Below are positions 26,232 to 39,471 of a stretch of DNA of 64,000 nt, piece by piece (positions within the stretch are counted from its first letter, which is position 1; the number at the start of each line of letters is the position of its first letter). This stretch comes from Azolla caroliniana (Eukaryota; Plantae; Polypodiophyta). The translations under genes and the position numbers were made by a program. The notes below the pieces were generated by a model. That model was not told the origin of the DNA and made no database searches. It saw only the letters and a list, made by a program, of their open reading frames with translations. The DNA lies in contig JBHGNT010000006.1 in assembly GCA_043228905.1 (NCBI GenBank), positions 7,130,001 to 7,194,000 of the forward strand. Direction: 5' to 3'.

Positions 26232-29200
26232 TCATAATATTTTCTTTCCATGATCTCTTGCAGCAAGCTCGGTATACATGTCCTCTATTGCTTTAGAAAA
26301 ATGTGCCCTTGCTTGAGGCCGTTTCACCTATTATATGAAATATACAAGGAATGATTAGTTCGACCCGAAATTTGAACATCTGCAATCGAGACTTGTAGCA
26401 TAAACTCCCTTCACCTTGAAGGTTGGTGTAAGCAGCCCATTTTCTAATGTGAAAGGCTCAGCCACAAGCGTCACTGATTTAGCAAATTCAAATCCTCTTA
26501 ACTGTATTTGGAATACCATTGATGTTAGACTGTGGCAAATACTATCAAACCAGATGGACCAAAGTAAAACAGCTGACCTTAGCTTCATGCCCTAAAGCGT
26601 CCATATCTGCAAGTACTGTTGCCCGCACCTCCGGGTCCTTGCATATAGCTTCTAGATCATTTGCATGCTAAAACAAGAAGCATTAAGGAAATCATTATCC
26701 AGAGATAGAGAAAAACAGATGCATGTGCATATCTTAGAGACATTGAAGAGAGAGAACCTTCATTCCTCTTGATTTAGCCCATTTTAATACTTCTTCAGGA
26801 TCAACAGCAGCAATTGCTACCAGGCTGGAATTGAAACTATCCCCTACAGTATAGTGGATTTGAAATCTAGACTTACATAAATTATGATCTCTTAATGCTC
26901 TATAGTTGATTGAAAATCTTACCATATATGAAGCATTGTGCAATATACTTGCTTCTTGTATAGACATTTTCTATTTTCTCCGGAGCAATATACTCTCCTT
27001 GCGCAAGCTTGAAAATATTTTTTTTCCTGAAAGGAAGGCAGTCAAGTAAGTTATATTTTTGTGGCCAAAGTACAAGAAGTTCCAACGAAGGTTTCCCCAC
27101 ATCCTCTGGCAATTGATTTTCAATTATTTTCATCACCAATTGGAAACAGATCTGGCAGCTTTCATCACCAGCACTGGATAAGCCATTTCAGATGAACCCA
27201 TTATGGAGTGCCTATGTAGGAATTTATACTGCAGTGTAGATCAGCTACAGGACCATCATGATTGGGCACTACCTCCAAGAATCTGGCAATTGATTTTCGA
27301 ATATTTTCATCACCAATTGGAAACATATCTGGCAGCTTTCATCACCAGCACTGGATAAGCCATTTCAGATGAACACATCATAGAGTGCCTATGTAGGAAT
27401 TTATCCTGCAGTGTAGATCAACTACAGGACCATCATGATTGGGCACTACCTCCAAGAAGAATGGTTCTACTCTAAAATTGGAGTGATAAAATAGGCAGAA
27501 AGAAACTGGGGTCGAATGGCAAGGTAAGTGGGTTCCAGAGGAGGTTCACCATTCAATGGAATACTAACTCTCACGGCTCCCTTAGTGACTAAGGTGTATG
27601 TAATAGGCAGAATACTTTGTTGTTTGGATTTTTTCAAAGTTTTTAACACAATATGAAGCATTAAGGCCCATGCCAGGAATGGAGATCATTCTCCTGAGGG
27701 TATTAATGCACTATACAAGTTGATATCAGTTGATCTTGCCTCTTGATGGGCTCTGTCGTAGCCAGCACTAAAACTCTAACAAGATGTGACTGATGAGATA
27801 TCTGACTAGATAGACTTAGATGCTTTTCCTACATTCTGGTGTCCTCAGTATGTGTTTTAGGATGGTGTGCACAAGTACAATTTCACCAAACAAGGGCAAA
27901 GGTAGAATCACGGTAGGGACAGGTGGTCACATATTTTCGATACTTGAATACACATCAAGCTCACCAAGCAAACACCTCTTCCCAAGTAAATGGCCTACAA
28001 CATTCACTGACCTGTCAATAATTTTAAGCCTTCCACCAGGCAACCATTCCCCAATATCTCCAGTATGCAACCAACCTTCCTCATCTAGAATCTCCCTTCT
28101 GCAAACAGGACATATGAGCTAGTCAGGTTATTAGGAATTAAGATGTAGAAGATGTATGTCGAATAATCAATACGTTTGTATCTCATCTTTGTGATAGCCC
28201 TTGAAAACAATTGGTCCTCTCACACAGATCTCTCCCCGTGGATTTGGTTTGTCATCAGCTGTATAATTCATCTCTGGGACATCTACTAGTTTGATCTCTG
28301 AGAAATACAAAACAACAGATTTATAAAATCCTGTTTCTTATTAATATCAATACAACTGCAGTTTTACAATGCTATAAACCTTAAATGAAACTCACCACAA
28401 GCAGGATTAGGAGATCCAACATGGCCTGATGTTTTATCCCCTTCATCACACCCCGAAATCACGCAAGCTGTCTCTGTCATGCCGTAGCCTTCAGTAACGA
28501 AACCACCAAAACAGCTGTAAAAAGAAACAAATTCTAAAACAGGATCTTCTAAACTGATTTAATTCTATTAAAGTGTAGAGAAAAACTTGCATTGACATAC
28601 ATTCTAAGAAAATCCAAGATATCTGGAGATAATGGAGATGCACCAGATGCCATAGCACGTACACGGCCGCCTAACCTTGCTTGTATTTTGTTAAAGACCA
28701 ATCGATCCCAAAGAGGGGATGGTGTTTTGCCTGAAATGGGGCATCAGAGAATTTAAGGTCCGTATGTAAATAGTCTTCTTCTTATGGACAGTCTAGAAAG
28801 CATATACCTCTTTGGATAGCTTGTTTCTTTGCATTGTATGCAGCATTAAAAAGTTTTTCCCGTAAGCCCCCTGACGTTCTCACTGCTGAGACAATCCTGG
28901 AATAAATCAGAGGATAACCACACTAACACATGAACCTGATGAGATGTCGAGAACAGAACCTCTGAAACTGTTCGTACACATTTTTAGAACAATAAGCACA
29001 TGCATTTCTACCCATCATATATGCGATTGTAAAGTCGAGGCACGCTTGCAAAAATTGTAGGCTTCAGTATTCCCATGTCATCCATCAACTTCATGACATC
29101 CTACAGATCCAACATTACAATTGGAGACAAATTGAAAGTTATTGTGTTACTATAAACCTTAAAAGATACAAATTCCTGGAAATGTGCCATCTTACCCCTT

Positions 29201-32200
29201 GATAGAACCCAATAGCTGCACCGTGGCTTGTTATGCCAATAACATTCGCTCTTTCATAGATATGAGCCAATGGCAAATATGAAATATAACTGTTTGTGGA
29301 AGAGAATCAACATTGTTAAGTACTCTTCATGCATTACATGCGCTACATATCCAGTATTATCAATGAACCTACATATCAGTTGGGTTGACTGGGAGTTTAA
29401 AGCTACTGCCTGCTACATTGGCCAAAAGATTTCCATGACTTAATACAGCTCCCTGCATATTCACATTAACAACTTTCAACAAACAAAAATAACATGAGCA
29501 TTAAACATATTTTGAGTTACAATTCCAACCTTTGGGGTTCCGGTTGTGCCTGAAGTGTAACAAATTGTTGCAACATCTTCAGCCAGGGGTGGTACAAAAG
29601 GTTTCAAATTATTTTGCCCCTAAAAAAGTGCAATCCACAAAACAGTTGCATATGGTATAAGTTAAAAAAACTGTGCAATAAACTTGCACATCAAAGGTTG
29701 ACCACATTAGACATCCAATCACATGAATTAGTGTTTTTTTGACAATTTCATAATTGTTCTTTTGTTCAATTGAAATCTAAAATGAAGAATCAGCCACCAA
29801 GCAAAACAATGCAACCTATTTTTTCCAATTTGAATGTGGATCAAGCAGTTCCATGCTAAGCAGTTTGATCATATATAGTATTATATACCAAGCAATGTCC
29901 TGCTTGCAAACCTCACATGCATACTGAGCACAGTAAAGAGCAGATAGAGAGAAGCAGAGGATAGAAGGCAAATGTGGCCTTACAAATGAAATGGAAGTTT
30001 TATGAACTTAAACAGAATTTCAATGTCCGATACATTGATCAAATTTCAAACTATATGATAATTAGACCTATATGCACGTTTTTCTTAAACATGTAAAACA
30101 GTTTCTTCCAAGCAATGAGAGATAAAATAGGGTGCATGCTTTCTTTTCCCAGATACTCACTTGTTCTTGCAGCTTTGAATAAGAAATGATCTCTACACCT
30201 GGTTTGGAAGGAAGTAGTGGTACAAGTAGATCATTTCCACCAACTACCTACACAACAGCTAATTGGAAAATTAGAAAATGTGAAACCTTTTAAAATCACT
30301 GCAATAAGAAACCAGACAGTACCACAATCAACCGCACACTTGATGTTTCCAAAATGCAGTTGAGCAACTGAAAAAAACAAGAAATCCACACTTCAGTTAA
30401 ACAAAACAATCCAGCAATAGAAGTGATCTTCACTAGACACTACAATCTTCAATGGATTTGGTGGAGCAAAACACCATCTTGAACATCAACGATATGCATG
30501 GTTTCATTTATTTTACTTTGTTAGAGTGGACTTATATTTTGCTTTTACCTTAGTCTATTATAATAGTAGAACCTTTCAGAACTTTGCACAACAAAGGTTA
30601 TCTACCTTTAGCTAGTTGCAAGTTGCTCTTTCCTTTTGTAATATTGGTGCCTTTTGAGTATCAACAGCCTAATTATTATTGTTTATTCTCTTCATATCTA
30701 TCTTATTTAAGTTCATTCTTCATCCTCATTATTGAGTTGAATAAATCCTCAATTAAGCCAATAAAAATAACAGATTAGTTGAGCTTACAATCTCAAGTTT
30801 GTCAGGAGTGCAAAATACGCATGCCATATCAGAATGGCCAATTATGAACTTTACTGCATCAGGACCTGTAAGCAAAGAATTTCACAGCTTTAGATACCAA
30901 GAATGAATGATTATAGTAATCCTAATAAATAGACTAAAACTTACCAAGAGTATCATATAAAGGAACAGAAATGAAAGAATAAGATGAGCACGCATTATCT
31001 GTAATGACCCATTCTGGCCTATTGATGAAGTATAGTCCAATACAGGCGCCCTGTTTGAGAACAAAATAGTTTTACAGACTCTTCATGCTTTTCCAGGCAC
31101 CTAAACAATAATAATTTTGTGTGCAGCTAAATATGCCATAATCAGACATCTAATAGGTCTTCTTCAAATAAATTGACAACTGATCACTGTTACCATAATG
31201 ACGAATATACCTTGGGAATCCCATGTAAGATCAAACCAGATCCAATGGCTGCTCTGGCTGTCCCAGCTTCACCATACGTCATCCACTTGTACCTTAAAAA
31301 GGCTCAAGATCAATCTTTATATATGGTTTCATGATGAATCATGACATAAAACAATGATTGAGCATGTAATTACTAAGATTTAACACAAATAATGAAAGCA
31401 TTTATTTATGCATAAAACATATTCATAATTACCCTCCAACTTTCCATTTTTAACCACTGTACCAAGATACTTCAGCATATACATTTTGGACTCTAAGATG
31501 ATTTATGTTTCTTTGTGCAAGGACATCCACACTTACTCTCCAACACTTCCATTTTCGTGCACCCTTGAGCCAAGACACTTGAGATTTTCAAAAGCTTTTG
31601 TTGAGTAGCTGCATCAAATTTTACTTCAGATTTTGTAAGCACTGTTCAACACTTGAAATTTTCTTTGAATCAGAGGAAGCTGCATTCTCTGATCATCACC
31701 CTGCCATAAAGAAATTCACTTACATAAAGTTTTCATGCAAAGTTCGGATTTGAGGCCGACCAGGAAAGCGATCTATCAGCTGCAAAGGAGATTGTGCTGA
31801 TCTAATTTTCAAACAAAATAATCCATAAATATTTGGTGCTCACTACTAAAAAACGAGAATACTTATGTTCCCTAAATAGAAATACCTGTAGACATTCCAT
31901 TTACCATTACTCAGCTTCTCTGGTAGTAGAACACTATAACCATTGTCTGTCTCATAAAGAAATATGCTACTAAGACCAAATATTTCCGAATGTGTGGAGT
32001 AATCCTATATTACATCAAAATATTCTTACTGATATAGAATTCTGCAGATGTAGGCTGCACGTCCAGTCCATCACTCTCTCCTGAAATACATTCAATTTAA
32101 TAGGACGTTATAAATATGAAAAAGAATTGAATACATGTTAAATGTGTGACACTGGAAATCTACTCATAAATTCATTTATAATATGAATGGAAACTGAGCC

Positions 32201-33570
32201 GGTCACAATGTTCATGAATGCATCACGCAACTATTCAAGAATTGCTGACAGTTATGTACTTAAATGTGACATCATCTCATTAAGTTTTCCATGAACAGAA
32301 TATAGCAAGAAAACAAAGAGCATAGAGATAGGCAGATTTGATAGGCCATGAATTTTCCATCATGAATATCAAAGAAGAGAAACAATAGGGATAATAATGA
32401 GGGTGAGTAAAGATAGAACAAATGAAAGACATTACGGAGTCTGTGGCCTACAAGAACTAGAAAAGATAACCTCTCTTACAGCTAAGTAGCCAACAAATGA
32501 GAAAGAAGAAAGGGCTGGACCAATATTGGGTAAACTCTAATAGTTGCACTAGGTATGCCTGTGGATTCTTACGACTTTAATCTCCACAACTTTAGAGTAG
32601 CACTGTAAAATTATTCTTGATAAGAATACATGTTGGATCAATAACCACAAAACGTTCTCTTCCCAATATCAGGTGGCCTATCATATGCAATCTTTTCTCT
32701 ATACCAAACCTATCTATTCTATTGTCTGAATATGTGAGCTCGTTGAATATTGAAATAAGTGATAATATATCTTATACCTCACTGTGCCAGATGTGCATTT
32801 GGCATATGACTTACTGGCATGCATGCGTGTTAAGATTTAGGCATCCTGGGTTTGTGTGTACACAATAGTATCAAACTTGGATATTTTCTTAGAAGTCTTT
32901 CAATTGCACAATTTCAAGAATTTCCATGTATGCATATTTGCAATATAGTTCAGTTTCTCTTTAAAAAATTTAATACACCTGCACTTCCCCATTTGTTGAA
33001 TCATCATGTGCCCAAGAATGTTGGATAGTTTTTCACTTTACTCAAATACTTCTTGGCCCTTTTGAGAGCAAGGTGATTTAAATGGCTTACAAGTTACAAG
33101 ATGAGAAATCTTTATTGGACACATTACTGATGTTTCCTCATTCATTCCAAGGAATAACATTCAAGATGTGCAAGAAATGATGTCAACTTTGGAGCTATTA
33201 GCCATACCAACAATTTGAAAACAAATTGACTAAATCCCTTCATGACACAATAAGTGCCATGAACAAATCATAGTAAGTGTACCTTGGGTGGGGAAAAATC
33301 TTCTACCATATATTAATTTAGAATAAATGATTGTGTAGGGGGATCACGAGTCATATTGAGCAACTTTTAGTTGTCAGTTTTTTTCTTCTTATAGCTGTTT
33401 TCTTTGTGGAGGTGGTGGATCCACGCACAAGGATTTTTTCTTTCTTTAATGATCAACATAAAATATTTTCTTGTCCCTTGGGTAGTTGGCACACAATTAT
33501 TTTCGTACTCTCTTGTTCAAATTAACCTTATATTAACTTTGCTTTCGTCTTTATGCTAAAATACGAACAA

Positions 33571-33635
<65 letters not shown>

Positions 33636-34061
33636 TAATCAGATATTATGCTAAATTGGCGTTTACCAATATCATAGCGTCTAAACTGGATGTTTTCCTA
33701 AGCATGGCAGCATACAACATGGCACACTTTGAGGTGTTGAACGCAAGCACACAGAAAGATTATCTTATCTTTTCCAAAACGAAAAATCTCACGCTCCAAA
33801 ATTATGCTGAATGGATGTTTCGGTTTCTTATTCAATCAAACTTTCTGATTAGATTTACAAAGAGATGAACAATAAATTTATGTTCCTCTTTGTACTTAAA
33901 TGGAACATTTATGCTGGAACCGATAGAAAAGCAGATCAAATCAATACAATATATGTGTATATGTACACCACATACGTACGCGCAAGCACACATTGCAAAC
34001 CTGTAGGTGGAGGAAGCAAATGCGTGTTGATGACATGTAATCGTCTCCTCGCAGACTCCAT
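26232..34061 (-). CDS. LACS6: Peroxisomal long-chain acyl-CoA synthetase (LACS6/7 type), 24 coding exons, 694 aa
   Basis: Exons (minus strand, GT-AG): 34061-34001, 32080-32030, 31946-31886, 31801-31724, 31608-31537, 31292-31211, 31050-30945, 30865-30789, 30367-30323, 30247-30161, 29619-29530, 29452-29373, 29289-29196, 29100-29012, 28896-28808, 28730-28601, 28514-28396, 28297-28174, 28098-28012, 27026-26923, 26843-26758, 26667-26578, 26501-26415, 26327-26232. Total 2085 nt, in frame. PTS2 RLHVINTHL; AMP-binding [11 protein letters not shown]; [11 protein letters not shown]; EGYGMTE; GWLHTGDIG; [24 protein letters not shown]. Confidence 0.95.
27105..27458. repeat. 177-bp tandem duplication inside a LACS intron
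   Basis: TCTGGCAATTGATTTTC...CTACCTCCAAGAA starts at 27105 and 27282, with few mismatches. Confidence 0.92.
31433..31492 (-). pseudogene. Degenerate duplicate of LACS coding exon 5 (pseudo-exon)
   Basis: AAG TAT CTT GGT ACA GTG GTT AAA AAT GGA AA- GTT GGA GG|gt aligns with exon 5 AAG TGT CTT GGC TCA AGG GTG CAC GAA AAT GGA AGT GTT GGA GA|gt; it is flanked by ttag and gtaatt. Confidence 0.7.
33572..33632. repeat. (CT)n microsatellite in LACS intron
   Basis: About 30 perfect CT units. Confidence 0.95.
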
Positions 34062-34418
34062 AGCCTGAATAATCCTTCCAAAACAGCTTCCGATAGAAAC
34101 AAGGAGCCGATGAAGGATGAACACAAGAAGAGAAAGAAAAAGGGAAAAAGACAGGAGGGAGGAGAAGGAAAGAGAGTGAAAGAAAACAAAGAAAGGTTCG
34201 ACCTTGAATCGGATAGGAAGAGAGGAATTTAGGGGGGGGGGGGGGGGCGGCGATGAGAGAGAAACCCTAAATACGTTTCTTTTCGATTTTTGGTTTTGTC
34301 TTGCGAAGGGGAACTGCTAGAATCGTGGTTCCATGGAATCGCGGAGACTTCTTCGATCGACAGAGACAAGGCGGGAGTCGTAGGTAGCAAAAAAAAGCAG
34401 GAAACACAGAGAGAGAGT

Positions 34419-34455
<37 letters not shown>

Positions 34456-34739
34456 AGTATTCAGAGAGAGAGTAGAGAGAGAGAGGTCTCTCTCTCTCTC
34501 TTTCTGTCTTCTTTTGGCAAAGAAGCATTGGTTCATTATCATTTCAATTTGATTGGCATTTGCTTGGGACATTGTTTTGGCCAAGAGATAGAGATAGGTC
34601 ATAGATAGATCCATTGAAACATACAGATAGACCTTCTTTATTGCCTTCGGATATATGTGAAGGCGAGTCATGACTCTCTCGATTTTTCCACGACTTTACC
34701 GATGACTATTTCCGATCGAGACTTGCACGCATTGGGACT

Positions 34740-35026
34740 TGCGAGAGAAATCCACTCTGAGGATTGGGGTTCGGTTGAAGATGTGTGGAAAGCATAGTAG
34801 AATGCGATCAAAAGGTAGAGTATTATATTAAGGCGTGATAGTGTCTCTTACTCCTGAAGTTGGTTCGGGGCAAAGTGTGCATATTCGACTATTCTCATCA
34901 CTTTGTGTCGTAATGCCATGTCTCACGTCACTATGTGTGTGAGCTAAGTCGTACAGAGGCAATGGTTCGGATGGCACACAATGGGATGGGCTCTAACATG
35001 TATTTATGTGTATAGTTTCCCCATTC
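34740..35026 (-). mobile_element. Isolated 3'-end fragment of an RTE-like LINE upstream of LACS
   Basis: Diverged copy of 36758-37035 (shared GATGTGTGGAAAGCAT, GGGCAAAGTGT, CTCATCACTT, ACAATGGGATGGG, TCCCCATTC), which encodes the decayed C-terminal Cys/His region of LINE ORF2. Confidence 0.65.
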
Positions 35027-38000
35027 AACATGTGTGCACACACATCACCGATTCACAGTCACAGTCGTGTTCACCGTGTTTTGTGTGTGTGTATCCATTT
35101 GTACCTCAATGTTGATCAAAACTCGACTTATATGTATGTATGTCTTTAAAAGGATAATTTGTCCAACCACAAACATTATAAGTAGATGGAAATACACTTT
35201 TCACTTCCCTTTTATATTTATGACACACTCAAATACCCGGTTGTTTTCGTTGGGATTGACCTTGGCTCTCTTCAACACTCATGGTGCTAATTGTGTGCAT
35301 GTATACAATAAATGCATTTATGCTCTCTTTTTTAAGATAGTTGATGTGATCGTTTCGAGCAAGGCTCCAATCCACCCAATTCTAATGCCATGATTTGGCT
35401 CTAATGGCTCAACATTAGACATCCTTGTTTATCATGATAACACACCCATGATAAGTTCATGACCAAATATATCAAACTTTTAAACACTACGAATTAAGTT
35501 ATATTTTGACAATACGTACAGTATCCATGAACTTCTTTTAGTATGGTCACACTTTTAGTATAATGGTGTAGTTTCTACACTTGAAAGTTGAGATTGTGGA
35601 ATTTGAATTTGTAAAGACATACTTTTAGGAGAATAGTGAATTTATAATTTGAATATTCTCGAATCAAAGAACAAACAAAAAGATGTTGTTATTGTTTTTT
35701 AAGCCTTACACTATGGAAAATGAATATTTCATTCCAATTCCAAAGTAGAAAACAAAAAAAATGTAATTTTATATTTTTAAACCCTTCCCATTATGGGAAT
35801 TGATTTATATGTACTTATTTTTAGGAGAAAAGTGATACGAAATTGTTAGTTTGCACCACGATGAACTAAACTTAGGAACAACAAACATAACATTTGGACT
35901 TGACCCATTACTATTAAATGCAAATTGTTAAGGTCACTTCTAATATATAATACCACTCCATGCCTTTTTAATCAAATTCTTTGTAACAATTAAATCATGT
36001 ATGCGTTGTCCAAGTTTTCCACAATGTTGACATCATTGCCTTCCATTATTCTTGTTGAATGTTAGGTTGGGAACAATTACGTATCTAATATATGAATCAT
36101 GATAATCACAATGAGAAATGAAGAACACTGATTATACATAAATTTTAGGAAGTGGACTGCCTAATGTATGCATTTGAAATTGATGAACTCTAGAGCAAAA
36201 AAAACAATAAAGAATTGGGAGTGACGTTGTGCTCTTTTCCCTATATATGAATTCTTGTTGTTGAAGGCACGATATTGCACTTTCCAATAGAAGAACGATT
36301 TCCTAAAGATATAATGTTGCACCCATTTCTTATGTGGTATTGACAAGGATAAAACCCGATTGCATGGATGAATAGTGTGTGCCTACCTATCCAAGCGTAT
36401 ACTTAAAGATTACAACCACATTTGTGCATGAGTCGGTTGCGTGTACTTATCTAGGCCAAGCATCCTAGGTATCCTTAAAGCTTGTAATCATGTAATCAAT
36501 GAAGACTAATGAGAAAGAGAAAGAGGCCCACCATAGGCCAAAACCATGTTAGCTTGCAAAATATAAGGGATGAGTAGAGTAGAGAGAGAGAGAGAGAGAG
36601 AGAGATTCTATTATTGTCTTCGGAGGTCAAATATGACCTACGAGACCAAAAAAATTACATTTCACATAATACATGTGAAATTGAGTAGTGACTCTTGATG
36701 TTCAAGAACTTTACCAATGAATGTTGCAATCAAGAGGACACATTTTGGTTGTGACTCGTGAGAGGAAATTGTGTAAATATTGGGTTTGGTGAAAGATGTG
36801 TGGAAAGCATGGTCAAATATGATCAAAGGCAGAGCATTGTATCAAAGTATAATACTCAGATTCTCGAACTTGTTTAGGGCAAAGTGTACAAAGTTGACCA
36901 CTCTCATCACTTGTGCCCCAACGTCCCATCTCACATCACAATACATGTAAGCTAAGCCGCATGGAAGCAATGGTCTAAATAGAAGACAATGGGATGGGTT
37001 GTAACATGTATCTAGTGTGTATGATTCCCCCATTCCGCGAAGAATATGGTTTTGTAGTTAGGTGCAACATGTGTAGTAACATAATGTGTGATGCTTGAAC
37101 CTCCACATTTGTCCCATGTTATGATACATAGGCATTGCAAAAAGGTCTCATTTTACAAAGGAACCGATGATGCATCATGAAGCAATTGTGTTGCATTCCA
37201 TCTACCAAACCATTTTTCCATATATTGCATCCAACTAAAACACAAAAATTTTCTTTTATGCATCTTTGGGATCTTTTTGTTTGTTCTCGAACGATTCCAG
37301 AAAGTTGATGCAAGGGAAAATTTTAAACCTTAAGCATGCATCAATAACCCTTTCCATGGCCATGATCTCAATGTGAAGTGATTCCGTCTCAAGAATGAGG
37401 AGGGTGTATGGTGTTTGTTTCTTAACTTGTAGAAACTTTGTAAGAAAATGTTTTTGGACATTTTCAAACTATTTTGAAGTAGATTTAGGAATGCGACCAC
37501 CCCATTGAGAAACACTAGTGTCAGCAAAGTGTCAAAAAGGTATTTATTGAGGACCCAACACTTAATATATCCATGATTGCATGTGTTTTTCAAATGCATA
37601 ATATGCTCTCTTTACCGCTTCTAAGTGGTGTATAACACATTCATTCAATCTATGATTTGAAAGAACTTCAAGGCCAAGATATTTTGAAGTTTTTCACACA
37701 TTCAAGGGGCTCATTATTGTACATAATGCATGGTTTATCTATTTTTTTGGCTCTTCACAAGCATAATCTTTGTTTTAGAGTGTTGACACTTAATTTAGGA
37801 TGCATGTAAATATTTTCCAATGCCTTCATAAGCTTTTGTGCATCTCCTAAAGTATTTGCAAAAAACATTACATCATCCGCATATAACAAAAGCAAGATGA
37901 CTACATTCTCAATGGCAACTTCTTCAACGCCTTATTCCTTTACAAACTTGGCAACCATTTCATCCAATTCATCAATGCGTAGACCAAATAGAGTTGGTAA

Positions 38001-39133
38001 GAGTGGGCATCTTTGCATAACACCAATAATGCTATTGAATTTTTTTGAAAGTTTATCGCCCATATGCACACAACATATAACCTTCTCATAAATTTGGGAA
38101 ATTGCAAGCATATACTCACTTGGCACCTCGAGTTCTTCCATTCGCCTCCAAAGATGCTCACAAGGTACTATATCAAAAGCTTTCTTGAAGTCTACGAAGT
38201 AACAATATAAACCTTTACCTTTCAAGCGACTTTCCTCCATTAATATTTGAAGGGTGACAAGGTGATCAATTGTGCTATGGTGTTTGTTAACCTCTCAATA
38301 GCACAAGTTAGATATCCTACCCCAGAATACCCTTCACCAAAGATCGTGGTTGGAGAAATGGTAATGATCCTAACCGTGATTAGTTACTAGTCGAATCGGT
38401 TTATGAACAACACAACACTTAATTTATGAAATCAGAATATAACATAGACACATCAAAACACATACACAAACAATGTATAGCCAAAAGATATCTCTATATT
38501 AAGCATCCCATATACAATACACATGCCTCCTTTATATAGGAAAGACATGAAAGTTACAATGCCATACGACATACAAATTGTTCCATATCTAATATTTACA
38601 TAATACATATTTTAGCTATATATAATTTGGAAATATACATTATTCGGCCTTTGGCCTAACTACTTTCGGTTTTTGGCTATTCAGCCCCTTCTAGATCGCT
38701 TTCAACTTTTCAGCCCTTTCACACTTCATCTAGCCTTTCGGCAATCAACCCCTATGGGTAACACATGGCACGCCCGTGGGACAATGCTTGCACGTTCGAA
38801 CCTATAAAGCCCTTTAATTTCCTCCAAAATGTTGAGGATACTTTGCTCTTGCCGAGTTGATTCCTCTCGTCTTTGTCCTTTGTTTGTTCGGTTTGTTCTG
38901 CACCCTCTTTGGCATCATTGATATTGACTTGTTTGCCCGACTCTCCTTCCTTTTGCTCATTAGCTAACTGTGTCTGTTCCTTCTCATAAGCCTCCATTGC
39001 TGTCAGGAACTCTATTAAGGCAGAGAAGGAATTAGTACTAAAAGAAGGATTAGTACTATTGTTGGGGAATAGTACTAAGACAGAGAAGGATTAGTACTAT
39101 GAGAGGTGTCGAACTTTGAGAGAAGGAATGAGT

Positions 39134-39189
<56 letters not shown>

Positions 39190-39471
39190 TGATGCGAAAG
39201 ATATATGTATTATATGACGGAAGATATACAACAGTAGTTAGAAGGCTTAAGACTGGCGTTGAACCGATTTGGTTCGAACTAATGCCTTGCGCCTCCTTTT
39301 ATAGTGTCTTCAGGAATACTCCTGAAGTTTCTAGAATGTTCCAGAGAAATCTGGAATATACATCAATTTCCCAATAAAACCTAAATGAAAATAATATCCT
39401 TCAAATTACAATTCATAACCTAATGGTAAAGTCTCGACCCGTGTAACAAAAGGTTATGGGTTCGAGTCTAG

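Noticed and set aside
34229-34671. ORFs of 61-134 aa and a G16 run upstream of the LACS ATG
   Set aside because: Low-complexity GA/CT promoter and 5'UTR sequence; no independent support for coding or for a functional quadruplex.
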